A DNA stretch of 56,381 bases, taken from contig CAYORS010000003.1 of assembly GCA_964406475.1 (NCBI GenBank), positions 1 to 56,381 of the forward strand, given 5' to 3'. This stretch comes from an uncultured Candidatus Saccharibacteria bacterium (GTDB taxonomy: Bacteria > Patescibacteriota > Minisyncoccia > Phycocordibacterales > CAIRYW01). Under the pieces are notes generated by a model, which was given only the letters and a program-made list of their open reading frames with translations, was not told where the DNA came from and ran no database searches. The translations under genes and the position numbers were made by a program. Of the stretch, positions 34,399-43,613 are shown piece by piece (position 1 is the stretch's first letter; each line of letters opens with the position of its first letter).

Positions 34399-35426
34399 TT
34401 CAATTTGTGTGTCCACATTGCAAAAAAAACCTCAGCGTAGAAGAGAAGTCTTTTGCTTGTTTGTCTTGTCAAAAAAACTGGTCTACAAAAAACAATGTAC
34501 CTTCTTTTGCTGAAAAGGATATTTATTGGGGTGAGTTTGAGGAGGAGAAGCTTAAAAATGCTATTGCCATTTTCGATCATAGCAATAAAAAAGATTTTTA
34601 TAATTTTATCGAAAGGGATTTGGGAAGAACTGATTTTATTTTTGGTAAAGCGAGAACTGATTTTATGTATTATCTTCCTCTCTCAAAAGACGCTTCTGTT
34701 TTAGATGTAGGATGTGGACTTGGAATACATAGTTTTAATATTGCTCCTTTTGTAGGGCAAGTGTACTCTTTTGATCAATCTGTGACGCGTGTTAGTTTTT
34801 GTCTTTTACGTAAAAAAATTGAAGAAATAACCTCTCTTCATTTTTTTCATGGTGAGGTGACATCACTTCCTTTTAAAAAAGATAGTTTTAATATAATTAT
34901 GATGAATGGTGTAGTTGAGTGGCTTGGGAATATTAATCGTCATAAAAGTCCGCGCCAAGATCAAATTTTTGTTTTGAAACAGATGTTTGATTATCTCAAA
35001 AAAGACGGAGTGTTGTATATTGGTATTGAAAATCGTTTTGCCACTGCGTACCTTCATGGTATAGATCACAATGGCTTGCGTTTTACGAGTTTTATGCCGC
35101 GATGTCTTGCATCTTTTTTGACATACATATATAAAGGACATTTCTATCGTACATACACATACAGTATTTTTGGATACAAAAAACTTCTCAAAGAATCTGG
35201 GTTTGATGTGAAAAAAACTGATTTTTATATTGCATATCCTGGATATAATTTGCCGCAATATATTATTCCATTCAATGACATCTCTGCTCTTCGTCATTTT
35301 TTTCAAACTATGACCTCTCAAAAGGGTTTGAGAGGATTAATTCTTCGCTACGTGTCTCAAAGTGATTTTTTAATTAAAATAGCAAGACATTTCTTTTTTA
35401 GTTATCTTATTTATACACGAAAATAG
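34395..35426 (+). CDS. Class I SAM methyltransferase with an N-terminal Trm112-like zinc ribbon
   Basis: 343 aa. CPHCKKNL...CLSCQKNW, then VLDVGCGLGIHS and FNIIMMNGVVEWL. Confidence 0.75.
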   Translation: MIQFVCPHCKKNLSVEEKSFACLSCQKNWSTKNNVPSFAEKDIYWGEFEEEKLKNAIAIFDHSNKKDFYNFIERDLGRTDFIFGKARTDFMYYLPLSKDASVLDVGCGLGIHSFNIAPFVGQVYSFDQSVTRVSFCLLRKKIEEITSLHFFHGEVTSLPFKKDSFNIIMMNGVVEWLGNINRHKSPRQDQIFVLKQMFDYLKKDGVLYIGIENRFATAYLHGIDHNGLRFTSFMPRCLASFLTYIYKGHFYRTYTYSIFGYKKLLKESGFDVKKTDFYIAYPGYNLPQYIIPFNDISALRHFFQTMTSQKGLRGLILRYVSQSDFLIKIARHFFFSYLIYTRK

Positions 35427-35427
35427 T

Positions 35428-36249
35428 ATGATAGATTTTTTCAAAGATAAAATAAAAAATATAGAACCTTTAAGACTTCAAGGAGCGTCAACGGTTTTTT
35501 TCAGTAAGTTTTATCACGGAGAAGAAAGGGAAAGTCAAAAGATACTTTTCCTTGTTACTGATGGTTCTACACCGTTAGCGGTTTTAAAAATAGTCAGAAC
35601 ACATGCATTTTCAGAATCGTTAAAAAAAGAGTCTCTCTCACAGCGAAGATACGTACCTGATTTTTTTGTTGAGTCAGCTCCTGTACTTTATGAGGGTGAG
35701 TATAATGGGATTTATTTTTATATTGAAAAGTATATTCAGGGTACATTTTTTGACAAATCAAATGCATCAGGTGTGATAGACAAGATTATTCTAATTCAAG
35801 AGAAATTTAAAAAAGAAAAAAGTATTGATAGTAAAAAAGTGTATGAAATTTTGTCACGTTTTCAGAAAATTGATCCAGTGTATGAGGTGTTGTTTGAGAG
35901 CGTATCGACACAAAAATGGCCGGCTCTTTTTATTGGTGATTCACATGGTGATCTTACATACAAAAATATCATTCAATCCAAAGATTCAAAAATTACCCTC
36001 ATTGATTTTGAGCGCAGTGGAGAACGTGTCTTATGGGGTCTTGATTTTTGCCATTACGTGATAAGATGCCTTTCTATTCAGGATTATGCACATTTTATAT
36101 CATTACTTGATACTTTACATATTGAGAACTCAACATACACTAAAGAAGAGTGGAAGATTCTTGGGGCGATTGAATCAATGCTTGATCTTCTGCAAAAGAA
36201 GTATAAAAGAGAGTATCAAGAAGTTTTGCTTGCATTAAAGAATTTATAA
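35428..36249 (+). CDS. Aminoglycoside/choline kinase-like phosphotransferase
   Basis: 273 aa. Catalytic loop HGDLTYKNII and metal-binding LIDFE. Confidence 0.6.
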   Translation: MIDFFKDKIKNIEPLRLQGASTVFFSKFYHGEERESQKILFLVTDGSTPLAVLKIVRTHAFSESLKKESLSQRRYVPDFFVESAPVLYEGEYNGIYFYIEKYIQGTFFDKSNASGVIDKIILIQEKFKKEKSIDSKKVYEILSRFQKIDPVYEVLFESVSTQKWPALFIGDSHGDLTYKNIIQSKDSKITLIDFERSGERVLWGLDFCHYVIRCLSIQDYAHFISLLDTLHIENSTYTKEEWKILGAIESMLDLLQKKYKREYQEVLLALKNL

Positions 36250-37418
36250 TGAAATCGATTTTCTATATATCGCGAATGAATTTAAGTGCTAGGAAGGCTC
36301 ATGTTTTTAATACCCTTAAAACCTGTGAGGCATTAGAAGAAAACGGAACACCTATTACTTTTGTAACAACACTTCCTATGCCAGATGCTCATATATTTCA
36401 AAAAGAAGTTCTTGATTATGTAGGTATAAAAAAACATATAAATATCGTATCGCTTAATTCTCCTGTGTCAGGATATCTTTACAGCACATCTATTTTCAAA
36501 AGAATGATTGCCTTTGTAGTTGATTCTTATGTCATTTCAAAATATCTATTTTTGCAAAGAAAAAAAATCAACACTCTTTATTTAAGAGATCATTTGTTGA
36601 TTGGTGTTGTGATGTTTAGTAAATTATTTTTGAGAAAGAAAATATTTTTTGAAGCCCACTACAAATTAAGTAAGAAGATAAGTCAGTTTTTAGTTTTTCT
36701 GTGTGTGTATTATGCAGACGGTGTTATTACAATTACTCATTCTCTTGAAAAAATATATAAAAAGATAAATAAACACTGCATTACCTTATTTTGTGCAGCA
36801 TCAGAACCAGAACTTTTTGTTTTAGATCAGACAAAAGAAAGTTTGAGAGAATCTCTTGATTTGCCTCAAAATAAAATATTGATTGGATATACAGGCAATA
36901 TGTATCTTACGGGAAATAATGATTCTTATGGTATTGAAGATGTGATTTGTGCACTGCCACTTCTGTCTCCTGGCTATGTATTTGTGGGGGTTGGTAAAAA
37001 AGATGCTTCAAATATGCAACATGAAAATTTGGCAAAAAAACTTGGTGTCGAAGATAGGGTTATTATTTTACCATGGACAAACAAATCTAAAGTTATTGAT
37101 TATATCACCGCATTTGATGTACTTGTGATCCCTGCTTCGGGCAATAGAATAGGGAATTCGCCCACAAAGATATTTGAATATTTGCCATCTGGACGGCCAA
37201 TTGTTGCGGCACAAACAGATGCTATAACAGAAGTTCTTTCAGACAGAGTTAATTCATTTATTGTTGATTATAAAAATCCACAATCTTGGGCTAATGCTTT
37301 ATCTTATGTGACCACAAGAGATGTGTCATCAATTGTAAGTCAGGCAAAAAAAGATGCTTTTATGTACACATGGTCACAAAGAGCGAAAGGTATAATTGGT
37401 TTTGTTGATTCTATATGA
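36249..37418 (+). CDS. GT4-family glycosyltransferase
   Basis: 389 aa. SPTKIFEYLPSGRPIVAAQTDAITEVL motif. Confidence 0.8.
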   Translation: MKSIFYISRMNLSARKAHVFNTLKTCEALEENGTPITFVTTLPMPDAHIFQKEVLDYVGIKKHINIVSLNSPVSGYLYSTSIFKRMIAFVVDSYVISKYLFLQRKKINTLYLRDHLLIGVVMFSKLFLRKKIFFEAHYKLSKKISQFLVFLCVYYADGVITITHSLEKIYKKINKHCITLFCAASEPELFVLDQTKESLRESLDLPQNKILIGYTGNMYLTGNNDSYGIEDVICALPLLSPGYVFVGVGKKDASNMQHENLAKKLGVEDRVIILPWTNKSKVIDYITAFDVLVIPASGNRIGNSPTKIFEYLPSGRPIVAAQTDAITEVLSDRVNSFIVDYKNPQSWANALSYVTTRDVSSIVSQAKKDAFMYTWSQRAKGIIGFVDSI

Positions 37419-38323
37419 AAAAGAAATTGAGAAAAATTTTAATATATATTTATTTGCTTTTTAAAATAGACTTGGTGTTTCGTTTTTTAAAACGAAGAGA
37501 GTTGTTTTTGATTGGATACCACAGCATTGCTCCAGATAATGCTTCGTATAATTATCTGTATCCCGATCTAGTTATTTCTCCAGAAGTCTTTGAAGAGCAT
37601 TTACGATTACTTATTTCAAATGGTCACACATTTATTTCTTCAAAAGATATTGAAACTACAAAAGCTCGTTTGCCGACGATGATTTATTTTGATGATGCGT
37701 ATTATGATGTGTATCAATACGCATATCCTATACTCAAAAAATATAATATTTCTGCTGTTGTATTTGTACCTCCTTGTGTGATAGAGGAAAAATCTTATAT
37801 TTGGTCAATCAAACAAAGATATCTTTGTAAACAAAAAGGTAAAAACACGGAAGAGATTGAACAAGAAATTAATACGCTTCGGTCTATGGATTTTGTTGAA
37901 AGAGAACGGAGGTTGTATAAAGACATAATTCCAAAACTTAGTATTTTTTTGTCTTGGGACAATCTTTCTTTTTTGTATAAAGAGGGGTGGGAGATAGGTT
38001 CTCATGGTATGACACACACACGGTTGAATGAACTTCGTAGTAATGAACGCCTCTTTGAGTTTGTTGAATCAAAAAAAGATATTGAAAGTAAAATAGGAAA
38101 TATTGTTACTTTATTTTCATATCCTGGTGGAAGGGTGACTTCTGATTCGGTTTCATTGTGTCAGAGTGCGCAGTATACATACGCAGTCTCTACTGAGTCA
38201 GGAACTAATAAACTTCCTATTTCTAAGGACAATTGTTTCTCTCTAAAGAAAGTTGCACCAAAACCCAATGAAGATATATCTATGTTTAAGGCTCGTCTTT
38301 ATATACATCATTTATTCAAATAA
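37415..38323 (+). CDS. Polysaccharide deacetylase (NodB homology domain)
   Basis: 302 aa. IYFDDAYYDVYQYAYPILKKYNISAVVFV and GSHGMTH motifs. Confidence 0.8.
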   Translation: MKKKLRKILIYIYLLFKIDLVFRFLKRRELFLIGYHSIAPDNASYNYLYPDLVISPEVFEEHLRLLISNGHTFISSKDIETTKARLPTMIYFDDAYYDVYQYAYPILKKYNISAVVFVPPCVIEEKSYIWSIKQRYLCKQKGKNTEEIEQEINTLRSMDFVERERRLYKDIIPKLSIFLSWDNLSFLYKEGWEIGSHGMTHTRLNELRSNERLFEFVESKKDIESKIGNIVTLFSYPGGRVTSDSVSLCQSAQYTYAVSTESGTNKLPISKDNCFSLKKVAPKPNEDISMFKARLYIHHLFK

Positions 38324-38328
38324 GAAAT

Positions 38329-39090
38329 ATGCTTATTAAAAGGAGAAGATTTTGGTTTACTGTATGTCATATTATCCTTGAGGACTCTCTTATTGATGAG
38401 GTTATACAAAGTGGTATATATGACTCTATTACTATTCTTTCTTATAAAGAACATATGTTGCCTCATTTTACTGTGGTTACAAAAAATACAGCACTACTTG
38501 ATATCTCAGATCCAAAAAAAACTTTTACACAATTCAGTCATACAACACGAAATGAAATAAGAAAAACATACAACGAACCTCGTCTTGCTTTTGTCTCGGA
38601 AGATAAGAATACGAAAGAATTATATACAATGTATTGTGCGTTTGAATTATCTCAAAAAAGGGTTCCTATAGATTATAATGAGTTTGCAAAGTTTACATTT
38701 TTTGGTGCTTATTTGGATGGGGAACTTATCTCAGCGATATCAGTTGTGGAAAGTATGCCCTATATACGAATAAGATCTATTTTTTCAAAGAGACTTAATA
38801 CTTTGTCAGACAAAGAAAAATATAAAATGATAGGGTATGCCTCTCGAAGGCTTATGTATGAAATTTGTGAATGGGGGCATACTCATCATTTTGTTTCCCT
38901 CGATCTTGCATCTGTCAACTTAACCGACACTTCCAAAAAGGGGATTACAGGTTTTAAGATGTCGTTTGGCGGACAGCACGCAAATGAATACACATATACC
39001 TATAAAAGCACCTTCTTTGTATTTTTTGAGCGGTTTGTGTGGCTAAAGTTGATATGGGTCAAAATAATGTTAAAATTAAAAAATGCTTGA
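38329..39090 (+). CDS. FemAB/BioF2-like GNAT-fold acyl- or aminoacyl-transferase
   Basis: 253 aa. FSHTTRNEIRKT and the C-terminal GITGFKMSFGG pattern resemble FemAB-like GNAT proteins. It is shorter than canonical FemA/B. Confidence 0.45.
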   Translation: MLIKRRRFWFTVCHIILEDSLIDEVIQSGIYDSITILSYKEHMLPHFTVVTKNTALLDISDPKKTFTQFSHTTRNEIRKTYNEPRLAFVSEDKNTKELYTMYCAFELSQKRVPIDYNEFAKFTFFGAYLDGELISAISVVESMPYIRIRSIFSKRLNTLSDKEKYKMIGYASRRLMYEICEWGHTHHFVSLDLASVNLTDTSKKGITGFKMSFGGQHANEYTYTYKSTFFVFFERFVWLKLIWVKIMLKLKNA

Positions 39091-39802
39091 AAAAGAACAA
39101 CAAATACAAGAAGATCAATATGAATTGCCTTACCATTGGTTTTTGAAACCTGATGATTATTATGGAAGAGTATATTTTGGATATATGAGGATAATTGCTG
39201 GCCTCATTAAAAGAAAAAATACAAAAATAAATATACTTGATGCGGGATGTGGTGATGGGAGATTGCTTTGTGAATTAAAAAACGAACATACTTGTTTGTA
39301 TGGAATAGATTATTCAGGAAAAGCAATTGAGTATGCAAAAATAATGATACCAGAAGCGGAGTGTGTTGTTGGAAGTGTACAAAAACTTCCTTATCAAAAT
39401 GATTTTTTTGATGTGGTGTGTTCTGTTGAAGTGTTTGAACATATTATTCCTACACTTTTGGAAGATGTGGTTTGTGAAGTGCAAAGAGTAATGAAGCAAG
39501 GTGGTGTATTTATTATGTCAGTACCTTCTCTTAACACACCTGTTATTGATAAGCATTATCAACATTTTAATGTCATCAAACTAACGGACCTCCTCAAAAA
39601 AGATTTTAAAGAGATTGAATTTTTTGGTCAGGATTATGCAGGATTTTCAATCTTAAAAATCTGTTATAAATTTTTAGATAACAGGTGGTGGTGTTTGAAA
39701 AAACTTTCTTCTTGGTTTAATAAGTGTGTATGGACCAAACATTTGAACGTGTGCTCTCCTGATCTAGGTAAGAGAATTATTCTTCGGGCAATTAAAAAAT
39801 AG
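39083..39802 (+). CDS. Class I SAM methyltransferase
   Basis: 239 aa. ILDAGCGDGRLL, FDVVCSVEVFEHI, MKQGGVFIMS. Confidence 0.85.
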   Translation: MLEKEQQIQEDQYELPYHWFLKPDDYYGRVYFGYMRIIAGLIKRKNTKINILDAGCGDGRLLCELKNEHTCLYGIDYSGKAIEYAKIMIPEAECVVGSVQKLPYQNDFFDVVCSVEVFEHIIPTLLEDVVCEVQRVMKQGGVFIMSVPSLNTPVIDKHYQHFNVIKLTDLLKKDFKEIEFFGQDYAGFSILKICYKFLDNRWWCLKKLSSWFNKCVWTKHLNVCSPDLGKRIILRAIKK

Positions 39803-39803
39803 T

Positions 39804-41063
39804 TTAGATTTTTTTTGTCATCATATTTGTAAGGACAAAATTAAATGCTCGAGAGAGTATGCGAGCATAAATTATTCCTAGAAGTCCTCCATAAGGAATA
39901 AGTAGTACAACAAGAGCGATTTCTACTCCCGAAGACCATATGTTGTATTGATAAAGCTCTTTTGTAGAGCCTGATGATTCCAAGAAAGAATAAGGGAGAA
40001 GTAAGGCAAGAGGGATCAGTGACAGTGAGTATAGTATCGAATAGTTTACAAACTCTTTGTATTTAGGGAAGAAGACTTCAAAAAAATAAGGCGCACATAT
40101 TATATATACAATAACAATACCAGAAATGATAAAAGTAAATTTTATTGTTTTGGACCAGATTGTTTTTTTGATAAGAGATTTGTCAGAAGATGCAAATTTG
40201 GGAAGCGATAAGGTATAAATATGTTTGAGAAGACCCTTTATTTGTTCTGGGGGTCCAATGATGATTGAGTATATGGCTAGTTCGGCTGCACCAAGAAAAT
40301 GAAACACTAAAAGTCTATCAAGCGAATTGGCTATTGTGCCGATAATGCCCATTGCACTCAAGTGCTTGCCGTAAGGTATTGCGGAATGATCGAGATCTCC
40401 TTTTGGTGTGTATTTTTTTGCTGTTAAAAAAAGAAAGAGTCCTCTTGCTCCTGTCCAAGATATAAAATATGCAAGAATAAGAATAGGGAGTGAAGGTGTG
40501 AGGTATAACACGCTCATTATTGTACAAAAAGCAATAATGTGAGAAAAAATAAAATACACTGTTGATGTTTTAAAATCTTTTTTACCTTGTAACACCGAAT
40601 CATAAAGAATAAATGAATCCATAAAAGGTAAGAATACTGATGCAATTAAAAAGGCAAGAGAAAGGTCTGTATTCTCATTTACAAAATAGTATAAAGACAA
40701 AATACCACTTCCAATTCCTCCCAATGTTCCCCAATAGATTTTTGTTTTTAGTGAAGGAAAAAAAGTGCCATCTTTATGGTTTGCGACAGCACGCGTAAGG
40801 GCTGTGTTTATTCCTCCAAGTGTTGGTATTGATAATATTCCAAGCACAGAAAGCACGAATCGATATGTTCCTAATGTTTCTTGAGAAATAAGATTTGCAA
40901 ATGCAACAGATAAAAAAAATGATAATATTGCAATCGTGCCTTGTCCTATAACAAGCCAAGAGCCACCTGTAATAATGTATGTTATGTCGGTTTTTGTGTA
41001 TTTTTCGATTTTTTGGAGGATATTTCGAATAATCGTTTTTGTTTTGTCTTTTATGTCGCTCAT
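39804..41063 (-). CDS. Oligosaccharide flippase (Wzx-like, MOP superfamily)
   Basis: 419 aa, about 12 TM helices, with a Polysacc_synt-like N-terminus. Its stop is 1 nt from the convergent methyltransferase stop. Confidence 0.8.
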   Translation of the reverse strand: MSDIKDKTKTIIRNILQKIEKYTKTDITYIITGGSWLVIGQGTIAILSFFLSVAFANLISQETLGTYRFVLSVLGILSIPTLGGINTALTRAVANHKDGTFFPSLKTKIYWGTLGGIGSGILSLYYFVNENTDLSLAFLIASVFLPFMDSFILYDSVLQGKKDFKTSTVYFIFSHIIAFCTIMSVLYLTPSLPILILAYFISWTGARGLFLFLTAKKYTPKGDLDHSAIPYGKHLSAMGIIGTIANSLDRLLVFHFLGAAELAIYSIIIGPPEQIKGLLKHIYTLSLPKFASSDKSLIKKTIWSKTIKFTFIISGIVIVYIICAPYFFEVFFPKYKEFVNYSILYSLSLIPLALLLPYSFLESSGSTKELYQYNIWSSGVEIALVVLLIPYGGLLGIIYARILSRAFNFVLTNMMTKKI

Positions 41064-41164
41064 TGTTGTCGTTTGTATATAGTAGTCATATTATACATTA
41101 TTTTAAATAAGTCCATTTATCGCATATATGGTATTATTATGTTCTACTATCTTTTATTTATATT

Positions 41165-43390
41165 ATGCTTCAAAAAATAATAAAAAATTTAATTGTCGCT
41201 ATTCCGTTTGTGGCTATTCTTGTGACGGGAAGTTTATTTTTTCCTTTTATTACTGGTAAAGCTTTTGCGTGGCGGCTTTTGGTTGAATGTGCTTTTTGTC
41301 TTTTTGTGCTTTTGTGTATCAAAGACCGGAGCTATCTTCCTCGTCCCAAACCAATTGTATTGTCTTTTGTTGCTTTTACTTTGGTAATGTTCATTGCTGA
41401 TATTTTTGCATATTCACCTGTTAAAGCATTGTTTAGTAATTTTGAACGAATGGAAGGTTTTGTAGGCCTGATTCATTTGTGTCTTTACTTTATTGTTCTG
41501 TCTGGTGTATTTCGTTCGACAGATGATTTTATGGATTGGTTGGGGAGTACTCTCAGTGTTTCTTTGTTTATGACAGTCTTTTCGCTTCTTCAGTTTTTAG
41601 GAGGCTTGGTTATCAATCAAGGAGGTGTAAGACTTGATGGAACATTGGGTAATGCATCATATCTTGCAACATATCTTGTGTTTCATATTTTCTTTCTTGT
41701 CTTTGTCTGGATTCATGATAATGCTCATAGGCGTATGATCTCATGGATTGCGATAAGAGGACTTGTCCTGTTTGTTGTCTATTATCTCTGGCAGCTTTCT
41801 TTGCCACAAGTAAGTCGAACAGTTCCTGGAATTATTTTGATTGTGTGTGCAATATTGTTGATTATAAAAATAGCTGTTTTTGCATATCACAAAAACCTTG
41901 CTCGATTGTATAGTTTTTTTAGTATATCTTTGTACATAAGTATTCTCGGTCTTCATCTTTTTATTCTTTACTACACAGCGACCAGGGGAGCGATACTTGG
42001 TCTTATTGGAGGGGTGTTGTTAGCTGCTTTGTTTATTCTTTTGAAAGAGAAAAAAAATATTTTTATAAAAAAAATATCTTTAGGATTTCTTTGTTTTTTG
42101 CTCTGTCTTGTTGGTTTATTTTTTGTGTTCAAAGATTCTTCTTTTGTACATAATAGTTCTGTTTTATCTCGATTTGCATCTATTTCGTGGAGTGAGAATA
42201 AGACACAAGCACGTGGATATGTGTGGCCAATTGCCATTAAAGCATTTGAAGAACATCCAATCCTTGGTTGGGGTCAAGATAATTTTATTTTTGCTTTTGC
42301 AAAATACTACACTCCAGAAATGATCAGACATGAAGCGTGGTTCGATAGAACACATAATACTTTTCTTGATTGGCTTGTTTCGGGCGGCATTTTAGGTTTT
42401 GGTTTTTTTGTTGCTATATTCTTTTTTGCTTTGAAAGATTTGTTTTTGAATAAAAAGTTTGATGTGTCCGAAAAAGGAATACTTTTTGGTCTGTTCGCTG
42501 CGTATATCTTTCTTTCACTTTTTATTTTTGACAATCTCATCAGTTCTGTTTTGTTTGTTTTTTTGATTGCTTTTGTATCAAGTGAAGAAAATAAAAAAAA
42601 TACACCAATACCTTTAGGAGCTGATGTTGTTTTTGCACTTTTGGGTTTCATTATGATTGCTTTTTTTGTCAATTTTTCTCCATGGAATCAAAGCCGCTTG
42701 TTGGTTAAGGCTTTGTCTCCTCAACAAGAAGGTGTTCAAAAAAATTATGAATTATTTGACAAGGCTTTTAGTGAAAGTCTTCTTGGTAGACATGAGGTAT
42801 TAGAGCAATTGGTCGATACAACACAAACACTTATAGGAATCGAATCATTGGACCTTCAAACCAAAAACAAATTTGCATCTCTTGCATTTGAAAAAATAAA
42901 CGCACTTTTAAGCTCGTATCCTTATGATGTAAGAATTTTTGCTTTAGGGGGTTCTTTTCTTGCGAATATAGGAGATTACAAGGATGCACTGCCTTTTATA
43001 GAAAAAGCTTTGGAGATGTCTCCTTACAAACAACAGTTTTATTATAGCCTCGCACAAATATACTTTACACGAGGACAAACAGAATCTCGATTGGAAGATA
43101 TTGATCTTGGGCTTTTGACTTTAAAAAAAGCAAGCGAGCTCACCCCTTCTATTGATAATCCAAAAATTGTTTATATTAGAGCGCTATTATCTCTTAAGAA
43201 AAAGCATGATGCTCTTGGTTTGATTTTGACTCTTGAAAACCCAGGATATCTTCTTGATTCTGATATGATGGATTGGATTGTTTCAAATTGGCAAAAAGAA
43301 GATGTTAAAAAGGTGTTAGATTATATTAATAACAAGAATCCAGAAAAAGGTGAGGAAATAAGTCTTTTGAGACAAAAACTTGCATATTAA
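41165..43390 (+). CDS. O-antigen ligase/polymerase-like (Wzy_C) membrane protein with a C-terminal TPR-like domain
   Basis: 741 aa. About 470 aa are polytopic membrane domain, with a TRGAILGLIGG segment and a large loop. The C-terminal ~270 aa are helical-repeat sequence. Confidence 0.75.
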   Translation: MLQKIIKNLIVAIPFVAILVTGSLFFPFITGKAFAWRLLVECAFCLFVLLCIKDRSYLPRPKPIVLSFVAFTLVMFIADIFAYSPVKALFSNFERMEGFVGLIHLCLYFIVLSGVFRSTDDFMDWLGSTLSVSLFMTVFSLLQFLGGLVINQGGVRLDGTLGNASYLATYLVFHIFFLVFVWIHDNAHRRMISWIAIRGLVLFVVYYLWQLSLPQVSRTVPGIILIVCAILLIIKIAVFAYHKNLARLYSFFSISLYISILGLHLFILYYTATRGAILGLIGGVLLAALFILLKEKKNIFIKKISLGFLCFLLCLVGLFFVFKDSSFVHNSSVLSRFASISWSENKTQARGYVWPIAIKAFEEHPILGWGQDNFIFAFAKYYTPEMIRHEAWFDRTHNTFLDWLVSGGILGFGFFVAIFFFALKDLFLNKKFDVSEKGILFGLFAAYIFLSLFIFDNLISSVLFVFLIAFVSSEENKKNTPIPLGADVVFALLGFIMIAFFVNFSPWNQSRLLVKALSPQQEGVQKNYELFDKAFSESLLGRHEVLEQLVDTTQTLIGIESLDLQTKNKFASLAFEKINALLSSYPYDVRIFALGGSFLANIGDYKDALPFIEKALEMSPYKQQFYYSLAQIYFTRGQTESRLEDIDLGLLTLKKASELTPSIDNPKIVYIRALLSLKKKHDALGLILTLENPGYLLDSDMMDWIVSNWQKEDVKKVLDYINNKNPEKGEEISLLRQKLAY

Positions 43391-43461
43391 GATTATATAT
43401 GATATTATACAAAGGTGAGTTGTGGATTTTATATTCGGAACTCAAATAAGCAAACATCGGC

Positions 43462-43496
43462 AAAATCTCGCTCTTTGGGCGAGATTTTGTTTTTTT
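43462..43496 (+). terminator. Intrinsic terminator
   Basis: aaaatctcgc / gcgagatttt 10-bp stem with a 7-nt loop, followed by gttttttt. Confidence 0.7.
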
Positions 43497-43533
43497 ACTT
43501 TTTTGTTATATTATTGGTATTGATTGTGTTTAG

Positions 43534-43594
43534 AGATGGTCGATGACTGCACTCACAACGATGTTTGCTTGGGGTCCGCTTTCATCGACCATCT
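43534..43594 (+). promoter_or_regulatory. Perfect 13-bp inverted repeat in the murB leader
   Basis: agatggtcgatga (43534-43546) and tcatcgaccatct (43582-43594), with a 35-nt loop. It ends 19 nt before the murB ATG, and a T7 run lies just before that ATG. Confidence 0.45.
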
Positions 43595-43613
43595 ATGGAC
43601 GCAATCTTTTTTT

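Noticed and set aside
43391-43496. Possible small RNA between the ligase-like gene stop and the terminator at 43462-43496
   Set aside because: A ~70-nt 3' UTR ending in the gene's own terminator explains it more simply. I saw no independent promoter of good quality.
43524-43613. Upstream in-frame extension of murB (MCLEMVDDCTHND...)
   Set aside because: The extension covers the 13-bp inverted repeat and has no MurB-like sequence. The conserved MurB N-terminus begins at the ATG at 43614.
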